Of a DNA stretch of 50,836 nucleotides, positions 35,742 through 45,812 are shown one piece after another. Position 1 is the stretch's first letter, and every line of letters starts with the position of its first letter. Location of the stretch: positions 1 to 50,836 of the IMG/VR virus record IMGVR_UViG_3300020016_000007. One strand, 5' to 3'. The position numbers and the translations under genes were made by a program. Below the pieces are notes generated by a model. It worked only from the letters and a program-made list of their open reading frames with translations, searched no databases and was not told the origin of the DNA. This DNA is from a virus (taxonomy: Duplodnaviria > Caudoviricetes).

Positions 35742-37546
35742 TACGCATTCCATTCCACTGCGAGGTGTGTGCTACGAGGGCCTGTAAATGAAGATTGTCC
35801 ACCAGTACCTGAGTTACCTTGTCGTTCGAGACCATAGAAAGTCTTCAGACCTGCGAAAGGCGTAATTCGGAGAGAAGCTCTGGGGATGAACCCCATGGCA
35901 CCACCACCGGGAGAACCAGAGTTATCTATGTTACAACTTCCCTCTTGACCTGAGAAATTCAATGTAGTATCTACACCGATAGCACATTCATAACTCGCAT
36001 TTGCACCGGGAGTAAGAGTATTAAGAGCAACACTTCTAGGAAGCTCAGCTGAGATAGGCTCTTCAGGATACCCTGAAAGAACTTCAATACTGAATGAATT
36101 CCCTGAGAATGCACTCTCACAGACATTCCAAAGCTGTGTAGTAACCGGAGTATAGAATTTGCTAGTGGCATAAGTACCAGCCATAAGCTTCAACGGAACT
36201 CTGTTGTAGTAATTCCAAACACCATATGTTCTACTCGGACCGTAAGTTAGAGTAGCTGATAATTGCCCGTTAGTTGCAGTATCAATATGAATAGTACCGA
36301 GATATATACCTTCGAACTGAGCGGTAGTAATTGTAGTAGAAGCTCCAGTTCGGATTGTCATAGAAGCGTCGTTGACAAGAACACCATCATTATGAGTAAG
36401 TCTGCGTCCATTAGCAGGAGCAACTTTATTGAAGAATTGAATTTGAGCTACGCGTAGAGCATTAATACCATTGCCATCAAAACCAACCCGATGGTAACGA
36501 TAAGCTTGGGTCTCTGTCTGAGAGATAGGAATTGTGAAGACAGTACCAGCCACACCATTATCATTGCCACGCCAGACTGTAATCAAATGCCAGTTGACAT
36601 TATCATTACTGCCGTAGACGTAAAATCCTTCGACTGAAGGTGCGTTACCTAATATCGAACTATCTGTACAAGCATAAACAACAACCTTAGAGATTGTCTT
36701 AGTAACACCAGCACCCCAGTCTTGACCGAGGTAGTTTGCTTCACTATTATTGGAAGGCGAGCCTAGTTGTGCGATACTTCCTGCGGAAGTCTTACTTGTC
36801 GTTCCATCGAAAGCACCACCCGGATTAGTCCAAGCTAATGGTGTAGTCCCTGTAGTAATTGTTACATTAGGTGTAATCAAAGTTTCTGTGGAAAGCATAC
36901 CTGCATCCCAAAGACGTGTACCAATCTTAAGTGTACCGCTGTCCATAACAGCGAAGACATCATGAAGAGTATTGGCTGCCCAGTTAACCGAGCCAGCTAA
37001 ACTAAGTGAGAGACCTACTTGGTCGGTAGAATTAGCTGTGAAATTCCTTGTAGTCCATACCCCGCCTGTATAAGTAGGAACAGTCTTACCTGTATATGGA
37101 GCGTAATATAATGTTTGGGAACCTGTGACATCCGCAGACATAACAGGATTGCCAGAAGAAATAGTTAACCTACCACCAAAGGCTGGATTAGGTGCTCCAG
37201 CTACTGACGAAGTTTGCCATGAAACATCGTAATTAGTGCCACTATTTTTAGTAAGAACTTGACTTGCTGTACCGCCGAGTGGGAGTGTATTGATTGTACC
37301 CCCGCTAGCTAATGCTGACACGTCAGCTAAGCGAACAGGATCAAGACTTCCTGTAGGTGCAGGAAGATTTATAATACGGTTTGAATTCATATCCAGAGTG
37401 GCATTCATCTGATTAGGACTAGTGCCATCTCTGGATAAAGTATTATCAAAAGCATTCTGAACAATCACACTGTTTTGGTTGATCGTCGTAGATGCAGTTG
37501 TGGCGTCGATTAGACTACCAACTGGATTTAGTGTGATTTTGGTCAT
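35741..37546 (-). CDS. Tail fibre/spike protein 1 with a discoidin (F5/8C)-like insert
   Basis: Same N-terminal anchor; AFDG...YGSNDNVNW...YRY.R pattern. Confidence 0.75.
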   Translation of the reverse strand: MTKITLNPVGSLIDATTASTTINQNSVIVQNAFDNTLSRDGTSPNQMNATLDMNSNRIINLPAPTGSLDPVRLADVSALASGGTINTLPLGGTASQVLTKNSGTNYDVSWQTSSVAGAPNPAFGGRLTISSGNPVMSADVTGSQTLYYAPYTGKTVPTYTGGVWTTRNFTANSTDQVGLSLSLAGSVNWAANTLHDVFAVMDSGTLKIGTRLWDAGMLSTETLITPNVTITTGTTPLAWTNPGGAFDGTTSKTSAGSIAQLGSPSNNSEANYLGQDWGAGVTKTISKVVVYACTDSSILGNAPSVEGFYVYGSNDNVNWHLITVWRGNDNGVAGTVFTIPISQTETQAYRYHRVGFDGNGINALRVAQIQFFNKVAPANGRRLTHNDGVLVNDASMTIRTGASTTITTAQFEGIYLGTIHIDTATNGQLSATLTYGPSRTYGVWNYYNRVPLKLMAGTYATSKFYTPVTTQLWNVCESAFSGNSFSIEVLSGYPEEPISAELPRSVALNTLTPGANASYECAIGVDTTLNFSGQEGSCNIDNSGSPGGGAMGFIPRASLRITPFAGLKTFYGLERQGNSGTGGQSSFTGPRSTHLAVEWNA

Positions 37547-37809
37547 TAAGTTGCCGTTGTGATTGCAGTCCAGCCAGTCGTTCCGTTAGTATTGACATAC
37601 AAACGAGTAGACGTGCTAGAACCTGCGGTGCTCAGACAAAGCGTGCCTTTAGGGGCAGAGAATGTCGGAGGGGAGACAGAACTTACTGTGATGTAAGGCT
37701 GTGCCGAAGAAGCAAGCTGAGCACTGGTTTGGGAGTCATAGGTAAGAACCTGTGCATCCTGAATCTCAGTGTTACCTTGCATATTATAATTTAGTGTAGG
37801 TAGAACCAT
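37546..37809 (-). CDS. Small virion protein
   Basis: PTFSAPKGTL...STSTRLYVNT.G...W fibre-associated motif. Confidence 0.55.
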   Translation of the reverse strand: MVLPTLNYNMQGNTEIQDAQVLTYDSQTSAQLASSAQPYITVSSVSPPTFSAPKGTLCLSTAGSSTSTRLYVNTNGTTGWTAITTAT

Positions 37810-37856
37810 TTGTTTTCTTTCATAAAGAAAAGGGGGTGCGTCCACCCCCAAGTCAG

Positions 37857-38384
37857 TTACTGGGTGATAGTACCGATACCACGATACTTGATACGAATCT
37901 TCATAACACCGTTAGTAAACGTACCCACGTTTGTAAGCGTGATGTAAGCAAAACCATCAGTGAAGTTAGTAGTCGTACCAATAGCGGTACCTGCCGCACT
38001 CACACCAGCAGTGTAGATAACCTTTTTACCCGCAGGGGTAACGGTTGCCAACACTTCACCAGTGATGAAGGAACCAGCGGCAGTGCCACCAGTACCAGTC
38101 GTTGCGCGGTCGGCTCGCATCGTTCCGACGGAGAACGACGTACCACCAGCAGCTGCAACTTCGACGTCCATTTCAACCTGCTCAACAAAGCAGTTTGTGG
38201 GGAACATCGTAGTATTAGCAAGGATAGTAGTCGCACCCGCAGCGGTATTCGCGAGGGTAACGGTCAACTCGATTTCGCGAGTCTCACCGTAAGAGAGGTA
38301 GTCACCAGCCGTAGTTGGGACTGCCTTAGAAGTTCCGTATTGCCTAAACAGGCCATCCGGATCGAGATAATTGCCACCAGCCAT
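37857..38384 (-). CDS. Capsid decoration / minor head protein
   Basis: Directly downstream of the MCP; AAGGAG RBS; Thr/Gly/Ala-rich beta protein. Confidence 0.65.
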   Translation of the reverse strand: MAGGNYLDPDGLFRQYGTSKAVPTTAGDYLSYGETREIELTVTLANTAAGATTILANTTMFPTNCFVEQVEMDVEVAAAGGTSFSVGTMRADRATTGTGGTAAGSFITGEVLATVTPAGKKVIYTAGVSAAGTAIGTTTNFTDGFAYITLTNVGTFTNGVMKIRIKYRGIGTITQ

Positions 38385-38396
38385 AGTTTGTTCTCC

Positions 38397-39356
38397 TTAG
38401 GCAGGCACTGCAGCGAGTGCAGTGAGTATAGTGACCATGTTCTCAGGCCGATAAAGCTTAAAGCCGTATTCAGCGATAGTGAGATACTCTTCCTGTTGCA
38501 GGTCCTTGTTAAACTCACTGTAGACAGTGGGCATCTGACGGAAGCCACCAATCCACGGCGTAGTATCACCGGGAGTTGCAGAGAAGAAGTAGTTCGCTAC
38601 ACCGTTACTAACAGCGATGGAGTTGATAGTTTCCGAAGCAATCGCCGGGAGGTAATTGCTGACATAGATATCAAAACCATAGATATTGAAGCGGAATTTA
38701 AAGCCCGTAACAATACCATCACGCGTGACATCACCCCACATAGGCATGGGAGAAATCAAGTTGACGAGGTTAGCTTGGGTCTGAAGCGTATAAGCCACAG
38801 AGGGGTCAACGACAGCACAGAGGTTCACCAGCGGCACGTTGGCCTTAGTGAGAGCGTACTGAGCTTTAGCGAAGTCGGCCAGAGTGATAGTCTGTCCGGT
38901 TCCGCCTGCGACCCAACGATGGGAAGCGCCGTTAATAGTGTTGAGGTTAGATGCAGTTTGTCCAGAGTTCGCGACTGCGAAAATCCGAGTTTCAACAGCT
39001 TCCATGAGCGCACGATGCTGACGAGGCACGAAGGCCGCGATCACATCCTGAGCATAAAAGCTATCTCGCTTAAACTTTTCGCTGATTGCGTTAGCAGAGT
39101 ACTTATACTGGTCGAACGAGAACGTGAAGTTACCCGTATCGAACTGGTTGTACTTAACTGCCATGTTTTCATTGAAGTCGGCAGTTTCTGCTTCACCAAT
39201 CGACGGAATATTTAAAGTATAGCCATCGGGGAAGTCGGAGAGAACCTTAACAAACTTCATCGCATTCAGTTCATCGAGCAGGAGTTCTTTGATCTGACGC
39301 GACCAAAGGTTAGTCCTTACAAGAAACTGATTGTTCATGTCGGTAAAACCGGCCAT
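38397..39356 (-). CDS. Major capsid protein
   Basis: LWS..I...L.DEL, FPDG.TLNIPSIG, YG.KLYRPEN; follows the scaffold gene. Confidence 0.9.
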   Translation of the reverse strand: MAGFTDMNNQFLVRTNLWSRQIKELLLDELNAMKFVKVLSDFPDGYTLNIPSIGEAETADFNENMAVKYNQFDTGNFTFSFDQYKYSANAISEKFKRDSFYAQDVIAAFVPRQHRALMEAVETRIFAVANSGQTASNLNTINGASHRWVAGGTGQTITLADFAKAQYALTKANVPLVNLCAVVDPSVAYTLQTQANLVNLISPMPMWGDVTRDGIVTGFKFRFNIYGFDIYVSNYLPAIASETINSIAVSNGVANYFFSATPGDTTPWIGGFRQMPTVYSEFNKDLQQEEYLTIAEYGFKLYRPENMVTILTALAAVPA

Positions 39357-39381
39357 AAATGAAGTCCTTAAAAGTTGTTAT

Positions 39382-40101
39382 TTAATTACGTCCATAGAAT
39401 GCCTCTTCGCCAATTTCAATGACGTCGTTATGCATCTGGACAGCGATTTTAGGATCAAGGTACAATTTAGGATTGCTCTTCTTGAGTTCCTGATAGTAAG
39501 CCCAGTCTCGTTTGTTACTAGCGCGTGGTGCGAAATTGTCATTTCTCTGCGCTGAACGTGGAGGGGTTTGAAAATTTTCTTTCATTTCGTTATTCAATCC
39601 AACTAAGCGAAAGATCGCATCGGGAGATTCCATAGCAATTTCTTGAATCTTTTCATCAGGTAGTCCTGTTTCTCGGAGGACAGCTTGATAGCTGTTACCG
39701 AATCGTTCCCTGAGTTTATCTTGAACCAGCTTAGCATTAGCCGCTTGACGTTCCTCGCGTCGCGTTTTAGCGATGGCTTCGGTTATCTTCTTGTCAATGT
39801 CTATAGGTTCGGGTCGGCTCTCTATTACTTCGTTCGCTGGGGTGTGTTCGCTATTAGAAGGTCCTGCCTTATTTAGTCGATCAACTAATTCTTGCAGGCT
39901 AGCCTGTGCATCCAATTGTTTCTTAGCTTCAAGGTAATCCTTGGAGATATCGTCTTGTCGCTTGGTCAGCGTCTTGACAAACAGATCGGAGTTAATCTTA
40001 GCTTCGAGGAGTTCTTCCTTGGACTTGTCTTTCCATTTGTTTAGAAGTTCTTCTCGTTCTGAAGTCTCGTTTTGGTCAACGGGTTCTTCGAATAAATTCA
40101 T
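39382..40101 (-). CDS. Scaffolding protein
   Basis: Acidic coiled coil ending YYQELKK.NPKLY; precedes the MCP. Confidence 0.8.
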   Translation of the reverse strand: MNLFEEPVDQNETSEREELLNKWKDKSKEELLEAKINSDLFVKTLTKRQDDISKDYLEAKKQLDAQASLQELVDRLNKAGPSNSEHTPANEVIESRPEPIDIDKKITEAIAKTRREERQAANAKLVQDKLRERFGNSYQAVLRETGLPDEKIQEIAMESPDAIFRLVGLNNEMKENFQTPPRSAQRNDNFAPRASNKRDWAYYQELKKSNPKLYLDPKIAVQMHNDVIEIGEEAFYGRN

Positions 40102-40343
40102 TTTGCCTCTTGGTCTAGGTTTATAAGTTTGGATATCTTTTTAAGACAACGGTTGTATCCAATCATATCCGCTTGTCTAAGTTCCCAATTGGGAAGATTG
40201 TAATCGTTTGCTTCCGGCTCTATCTTCTCTTCATCGAGAAGAGTCTGCATTCTACGGAAGACTACTTTTGAACCGAGTAGTTGGTTCTTGAAATCCGCTT
40301 GTTCTGCCTCGGTCTTGAGGTGTTTGTACCAAGCAGATATCAT
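40098..40343 (-). CDS. Hypothetical head-module protein
   Basis: DY..PNW...QAD..GY.R motif; between portal and scaffold. Confidence 0.7.
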   Translation of the reverse strand: MISAWYKHLKTEAEQADFKNQLLGSKVVFRRMQTLLDEEKIEPEANDYNLPNWELRQADMIGYNRCLKKISKLINLDQEAK

Positions 40344-40483
40344 TTAACTCTCTTAAGTTTGGGGTTCTTTTTCTTAGCAGCAGGAGAAGCCTTCCGAGAA
40401 GCATTGGCGAGAATAGCACCAGCTGACTTCTTAGATATGCCTTCCTTCTTGGCTATCTTATTCTGTACAGATTTAAAGCTCAT
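40340..40483 (-). CDS. Small basic protein (47 aa)
   Basis: Read manually: MSFKSVQNKIAKKEGISKKSAGAILA...; overlaps both neighbours. Confidence 0.55.
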   Translation of the reverse strand: MSFKSVQNKIAKKEGISKKSAGAILANASRKASPAAKKKNPKLKRVK

Positions 40484-40676
40484 CGCGGCTCTCTGGGCCT
40501 TCGTCGTCATTGTCTACAGAATCAGTAAAACCAATGACACGTCCCCAGCCAGCAGGCGGAGGAGGCAGTCCAGTTTCATTGTAACTAGTAGATGACTTCA
40601 TTTGAACAAAGCATCCTTGAGGGCCTAATGCAATAGCATCAGTCATAATGTCGTTTTGATTACGGATGTTAACCAT
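40473..40676 (-). CDS. Hypothetical small protein
   Basis: Coupled to the portal stop codon. Confidence 0.5.
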   Translation of the reverse strand: MVNIRNQNDIMTDAIALGPQGCFVQMKSSTSYNETGLPPPPAGWGRVIGFTDSVDNDDEGPESRDEL

Positions 40677-42535
40677 TATTGTGTTCCTAGTGTTCCTGTG
40701 GGAGTCGATCCCATAGGTGGGTTACGAGTAAGTCCAAGGCCGGGATTTGCCCCTTTAGCCGATCCATCTAGATCGAAGTCTTCACCTACGCCTGTAGCTG
40801 TACCCATCTGCTGATGAAGCTTCTCTTGGAGAACCTGAACTTGAGCCTGAGCATCCGCCTGTTCGGCCAATGCGATGTACGGTGTCACGACTTCGTAGTC
40901 TGAAAGATCAAAGGTCTGTTCGAGTATCTTAGCAAGCTTCACTCCTGAGAAGTGCGGCTGGACCGTCTGCCAAAGCCCCGACCCTGTAAGAGCCGTAAGA
41001 TTCTGGACAAGCTCAGCTTGTTCGGCGAAATGTCTGGCAGCGATAGGTTTGATCCTTCCAACGCCCGTAATATCTTCGACGGTAAGCGTTTCGAAAGTAG
41101 CGACTTTGAACTCATCATCGAATACCTTGATAGTTGTCGAGCCTGACAGGTTCCTTCGAGCTAATTCCAACATTGCGTTAAGAATGGGCTCGATGATCTG
41201 TTCTTCGAATTGATTGATTTTATTCTGGAAGATACGGGCTGAGGCATTCTCTAACCGCTGTACTTCGTATTTAGTTTTCTCACCGGGAGACCGGAAGCCC
41301 ATGGCTTCGCCGGGGGCACCCGCCATCTTTTCCATAGTCTCAGCAAGCATAGCCATCTTGGACTCAGCTTGCATAATCTGGACATCAGGCTGGACGAGTT
41401 CTACGTCACCTTCGTCCGAGACGAATATCTTTTCGCCCGGCTGCCACGTGAAGTCTTCGACGAAACCTTTGATCTTTTGGACTGGGTAGGCCGTGAGGTC
41501 CCAGATGTCCGCAGCCATATTTTCCAAGTGATCAAGACGGTACTGCATACCAACAAGGTTATCGAGGGGACCCATCCCCCAAAGATTGTCTTGTCGCTTC
41601 CTCCATGGGACGTGGTATATAGGAGGTTGGCCAAAGAAACTAGGGTTAGGTTTGTTACCAATAAGCTTATGTCGATCCACGACAGTGATGACTCGATTCT
41701 TTTCAAACGTGTCAGTGTAGTGGTCATACCAATCCCCATAGTAAGTTAATACTTCGCAATAATCCGATTGAAGATAAGAACGGAAGGAACTAAATCCATC
41801 CATGGCATAAAGGCGATCCCGTTGAGACCAATCTCCTTCGAAAGTCCGTGCGTGATACCTAACCTTCTTGAGATAGTTATATAGTTCTTCGTATTCTGCT
41901 CGGTTCTCATCGTTAGACATTCTGTCTAACATCGACTTAAGTTCACCCATAGAAACTATGGAACGAACAAACTTAGGGGAAGAACTGAAGTCTTCCGCCG
42001 CAGGATTCATCACCATATCTAAAGGATTAATACGACGTACCGAAGGACCGATGTAACCTGCTTGTGTACCGAAGGGTTGCTCAACCCGATAGTCCTGCCA
42101 CTCTACAGTGGCAAAACAGTTCCCGAAATCAATGTAATCCAGAATGATCTTATCAATCTCATGTTTAAAACTAGGTTGCTCAATAGCCCAAGACATATAA
42201 TTGACAATAGCATCACGTTTCTCAGATGAGTTTGAGTCTCTTTCATTTGCTTCCCATATCAACCATTTTCGTTTAGGGAACAAAGTAGCAGTATAATTGC
42301 TGTAAAGATTATCCCTAATTTGACAAAGCTTGGGGATTGTGGTACGGTTCTTCCAAGGATTTGCTGAGTTAGTCGTCTGGCTTGTATCGGTAGCATAAAC
42401 ATAACGACGTATCTCCTCTTTATCATTCTTCCATACATTACGGAGTGTATCCCACTCAACGTACTTTTCAGTCAAACGTGTAGCCAGAAGATCAGGACTA
42501 AGGATGTTTTCTAGTTCAAGGACCTTCCCGGTCAT
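40676..42535 (-). CDS. Portal protein
   Basis: PWKN.TTIPKLCQIRDNL, DNLWGMGPLDNLVGMQYR, R.PGEKT.YEVQ; follows the terminase. Confidence 0.92.
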   Translation of the reverse strand: MTGKVLELENILSPDLLATRLTEKYVEWDTLRNVWKNDKEEIRRYVYATDTSQTTNSANPWKNRTTIPKLCQIRDNLYSNYTATLFPKRKWLIWEANERDSNSSEKRDAIVNYMSWAIEQPSFKHEIDKIILDYIDFGNCFATVEWQDYRVEQPFGTQAGYIGPSVRRINPLDMVMNPAAEDFSSSPKFVRSIVSMGELKSMLDRMSNDENRAEYEELYNYLKKVRYHARTFEGDWSQRDRLYAMDGFSSFRSYLQSDYCEVLTYYGDWYDHYTDTFEKNRVITVVDRHKLIGNKPNPSFFGQPPIYHVPWRKRQDNLWGMGPLDNLVGMQYRLDHLENMAADIWDLTAYPVQKIKGFVEDFTWQPGEKIFVSDEGDVELVQPDVQIMQAESKMAMLAETMEKMAGAPGEAMGFRSPGEKTKYEVQRLENASARIFQNKINQFEEQIIEPILNAMLELARRNLSGSTTIKVFDDEFKVATFETLTVEDITGVGRIKPIAARHFAEQAELVQNLTALTGSGLWQTVQPHFSGVKLAKILEQTFDLSDYEVVTPYIALAEQADAQAQVQVLQEKLHQQMGTATGVGEDFDLDGSAKGANPGLGLTRNPPMGSTPTGTLGTQ

Positions 42536-42635
42536 TAGTGATACCCAATCCCAAACAGAACATCTCTAAATTCATAAGCAGTAACAGCTATTAATATTAA
42601 TATTGAAACTGAAATAATAACTTTCGCTATATCGG

Positions 42636-44201
42636 TCATACTGTTCCGCCAAATCGTTGGTTAAATTGCATAGGTTGGTCTGTGTTCTTTTTAATAGAAA
42701 ATAAATTCATGGGCGGAACTGCAAAATCTATTGCAGATGCCAGTGCGTCTTTGACGTCATCGTGTGCTGGATTAACAAATACTAGCTCTTCTTCAAGAAC
42801 CTGAGTATTACCTCCTTGATAATGCCAAATCTGATGGTTAGCATATCGAGGTTCGAGGATGCTCATGATGCGTTCCTCTTTCGATCCCTGCCATCGGCTA
42901 GGACGGTATTCGTCTACCGCCAGCGATAACCCGTGAGGACGTATATAATTGTCTTTAAGGTCTTTAACAATGACCTGTTGTGCCACCGATACTTCGCAAC
43001 GTATCTTTCTAAATCCCCATTTCTCATATAGTTTAAGAATATGGAGGAAATAATCAGAAATTTTATCTGTCTTAAAGCGGTCAATCTCAAGGATATAGTA
43101 GTTGTTAAGGCCATCTACGCCCAAGACAACGATTGATGTGAAATCGGATTTCTGCCCAGTTGAATACGCGAAATCAACGGACGCAACCACATTAAGTCGT
43201 TCTCGTTTAAAGAACCAGTTGTAGTCTCGCCGGGCAAGATAGTTCTGATCATAGTATTGGAATAAATCCCGCTGGATAGGGGAAGAATCAATATCGTGTG
43301 GGTCGTTGTAGTATTGGGCTCTGAAGTGTACTTTGTTGAGATATTGGGATCGTTTTGTATCAAGGACTTCTTGGTTGAATCCGTACCACTTCCCGTCTGT
43401 GCTCTGACTGCGGGGCCATATATATTCCCCTGTACCATCCCCCACAGTTTCGACAGGATACTCTTTAATGTCGAAAAGCTGATTGTCATTTGACCTTATC
43501 TTGTTGCCGAATTCGTCATATGATTCCCGTTCCATAGCTGATAAAGAAGAATACAAATCTAATGGGTGGTATCTCGTACCAACAACCATTTCCATAGCAT
43601 CTACTGTTTCAATCGAAGCCAAGAGACCATATTGGTCCCTAACCTTTTCACGACCTTCTTCAGTGTAAGCGTTATTAGATACGACCACATCGTCCATAAC
43701 AGCGATATCGCAATGCATACCGACAATGTTCGTAGTAAGACCCGCTGTAAAAATGCTTGGATCACGAATGTAATCTGCTTTCCTTTGAGGATGGTCTATT
43801 GAGATTTCTCTTTCAGTCCATTTCTCACGCTTAGCTTCTTCCTTCTCTATCATCTCAGGCCAATGAATACGATAGTTATCTGAAGTAAGAATATCCTTCA
43901 TAAATTTCAACTGCTTAGTAGCAAGGTTGCTAGTAGAAGAAATATAAAGAATTCTAAGCGAAGGATTCTTAGTAAGCATCCACGTACACCATAGTGCGAT
44001 CAGCGCGCTCTTCATGTGATCGCGAGGCAGAAGAAGTAACATATGTTTCTTAGCATTGCTGCTAGTCCACCATGAAATTACTTCCCTGTGGATATTACCA
44101 AGCATTCGTTTAGGTTGGACAAGATTGATGTAAGACTCAAAGCTGTTTAAGGCTAGTGCTTTACGTTTATCTCGTGCGGTCTGTAAATCTGATTTCTTCA
44201 T
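42636..44201 (-). CDS. terL: Terminase large subunit
   Basis: Variant Walker A LLPRDHMKS, Walker B IAVMDD, GTRY, nuclease VDFA...SD and HDD..D. Confidence 0.95.
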   Translation of the reverse strand: MKKSDLQTARDKRKALALNSFESYINLVQPKRMLGNIHREVISWWTSSNAKKHMLLLLPRDHMKSALIALWCTWMLTKNPSLRILYISSTSNLATKQLKFMKDILTSDNYRIHWPEMIEKEEAKREKWTEREISIDHPQRKADYIRDPSIFTAGLTTNIVGMHCDIAVMDDVVVSNNAYTEEGREKVRDQYGLLASIETVDAMEMVVGTRYHPLDLYSSLSAMERESYDEFGNKIRSNDNQLFDIKEYPVETVGDGTGEYIWPRSQSTDGKWYGFNQEVLDTKRSQYLNKVHFRAQYYNDPHDIDSSPIQRDLFQYYDQNYLARRDYNWFFKRERLNVVASVDFAYSTGQKSDFTSIVVLGVDGLNNYYILEIDRFKTDKISDYFLHILKLYEKWGFRKIRCEVSVAQQVIVKDLKDNYIRPHGLSLAVDEYRPSRWQGSKEERIMSILEPRYANHQIWHYQGGNTQVLEEELVFVNPAHDDVKDALASAIDFAVPPMNLFSIKKNTDQPMQFNQRFGGTV

Positions 44202-45811
44202 TTAATTCGGGTAGTAAAGTATTTACCTTTAATCTGATCGTGGAGATAACCTCCAGAAGACTTTGCGTTTACTAGACTTTTAACCTTATTTGCATCAACG
44301 TTAGAATAGTGATAAACCTTATCGTTTTGGAACTTAACGACAAGTTCATTAGAGTTTCTGTTATGGGCTACTTCTGCTATGTTGGTAGAATCAAGTTTAA
44401 CAACATTAGGCTTAAGTCCACCTTCTAACTTGTGCCATCTTCCCGCGAAGACTATAAGCTCTTCAGGTGTTGGTACGATTATATCGTACGATATACCTGA
44501 TTGGAGAGCAGCTAAGTAAGACGGGTGTAATACATAACCGAAGTCTGAGAACCCTGTGAATACGACTACCGAGGGAACGAAAGCCGGTTGGAGAACTTCA
44601 AACTGCACCGAAGCATCTAGCTGCGGTGATCTCTTAAACTGTGGTTGTTCAAACGGACTAAAGACGTACGGCTGAACAACTTGAACTATTACAGGAAGAT
44701 TGACAAAAGACTGATCAACCTGAAGTATCTTCTTCGATTGAGGCTGCTCAAACGGAGAGAAGATATATCTTATGTCGGACGCCACAAAAGGAGCGTTCGT
44801 AAAGCCTTCTCGATAAACCTTTACTATCTGCGGCTGACTGAACTGTGTAAAGACATAGTTCTGAACTACAGGCGGTATAGGACTATTTAAGAAGTCCTGC
44901 TGGATAATTCCAGATTTCTTTGGTACTCCAAAGTCAGAGAAACCAGAGAAATTAACTGTAGTGACTACAGGAGTCAGGAAGGTCGGAGTACTTAAGAAAT
45001 CAGGTTGGATTAATCCAGCCTTCTTAGGCATTCCGAAGTCTGAGAAGACAAACGGTTGAGTTACAACCTGAACAACGGGTAGGTTTACAAAGGAATAGTC
45101 TTGCTGTAAGACCCTTTTAGTAAACGGTTGTTCAAATCTACTGAAGACCGTAGTCTGAACAGGGGGTGTAAAAACAAACCCCGTAAACCCTTGTTGCTGA
45201 CTTTTCTTGTTTTGTACAAGACTGAAGTCTGCGAAATTTCCAGTTACGGTAGTAACAACAACCGGAGCTTGAAATAAAGCACGGGCTGTGTCAGACTGAG
45301 GTCTAACCTTAGAATACTGCGGATCAGAAAACTTACTGAATACCGGAGTAACTACAGGCGGTGCGAAGACAAAACCTGTGAACCCTTGTTGCAGATTCTT
45401 CTTAGTTTGAACTAAGTCGAAGTCTGAAAAGTCTCCCCCAGCAACTACTGTAGTTGCAACCACTATGGGTTGAAGTTGAGTAGTTAAGTCTGTCTGAGGT
45501 CTGACCTTAGTAGGCTGAGGTTGACTAAACCCTGTAAAGACCGGAGTAACCGTAACTACTTGAGCTACAGGTTGAGTTACGAACCCTTGATTGTGAGTTA
45601 TCTGCTTCTTAGCAGAAGGTTGACTAAACGACGTAAAGACTGTCGGTTGTCTAACTTGTACAGGAACGAAGCCAACGTATGTTGTAGATACGACCGCAAT
45701 CGGTAGTTTACGTGGAGTAGGGTCTGAAGAGAAAGAAGAGAAGCTAGGGCCGGACGATATAGACGGTAGCTGTCCTAAGGCTAGCTCGCCTAAAGTGCCG
45801 AAGCCAAGCAT
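44198..45811 (-). CDS. Repeat-rich protein with a C-terminal KTSC domain
   Basis: MLGFG.LG..ALG start, many F[ST].F.[QD] repeats, C-terminal STNIAEV....EL.V.F....VY.Y..V.......L..A.S.G.Y....IK..Y. Confidence 0.7.
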   Translation of the reverse strand: MLGFGTLGELALGQLPSISSGPSFSSFSSDPTPRKLPIAVVSTTYVGFVPVQVRQPTVFTSFSQPSAKKQITHNQGFVTQPVAQVVTVTPVFTGFSQPQPTKVRPQTDLTTQLQPIVVATTVVAGGDFSDFDLVQTKKNLQQGFTGFVFAPPVVTPVFSKFSDPQYSKVRPQSDTARALFQAPVVVTTVTGNFADFSLVQNKKSQQQGFTGFVFTPPVQTTVFSRFEQPFTKRVLQQDYSFVNLPVVQVVTQPFVFSDFGMPKKAGLIQPDFLSTPTFLTPVVTTVNFSGFSDFGVPKKSGIIQQDFLNSPIPPVVQNYVFTQFSQPQIVKVYREGFTNAPFVASDIRYIFSPFEQPQSKKILQVDQSFVNLPVIVQVVQPYVFSPFEQPQFKRSPQLDASVQFEVLQPAFVPSVVVFTGFSDFGYVLHPSYLAALQSGISYDIIVPTPEELIVFAGRWHKLEGGLKPNVVKLDSTNIAEVAHNRNSNELVVKFQNDKVYHYSNVDANKVKSLVNAKSSGGYLHDQIKGKYFTTRIK

Positions 45812-45812
45812 A

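Noticed and set aside
37836-39215. 459-aa plus-strand ORF
   Set aside because: Antisense shadow of the capsid and decoration genes; Ser/Arg-rich with no RBS.
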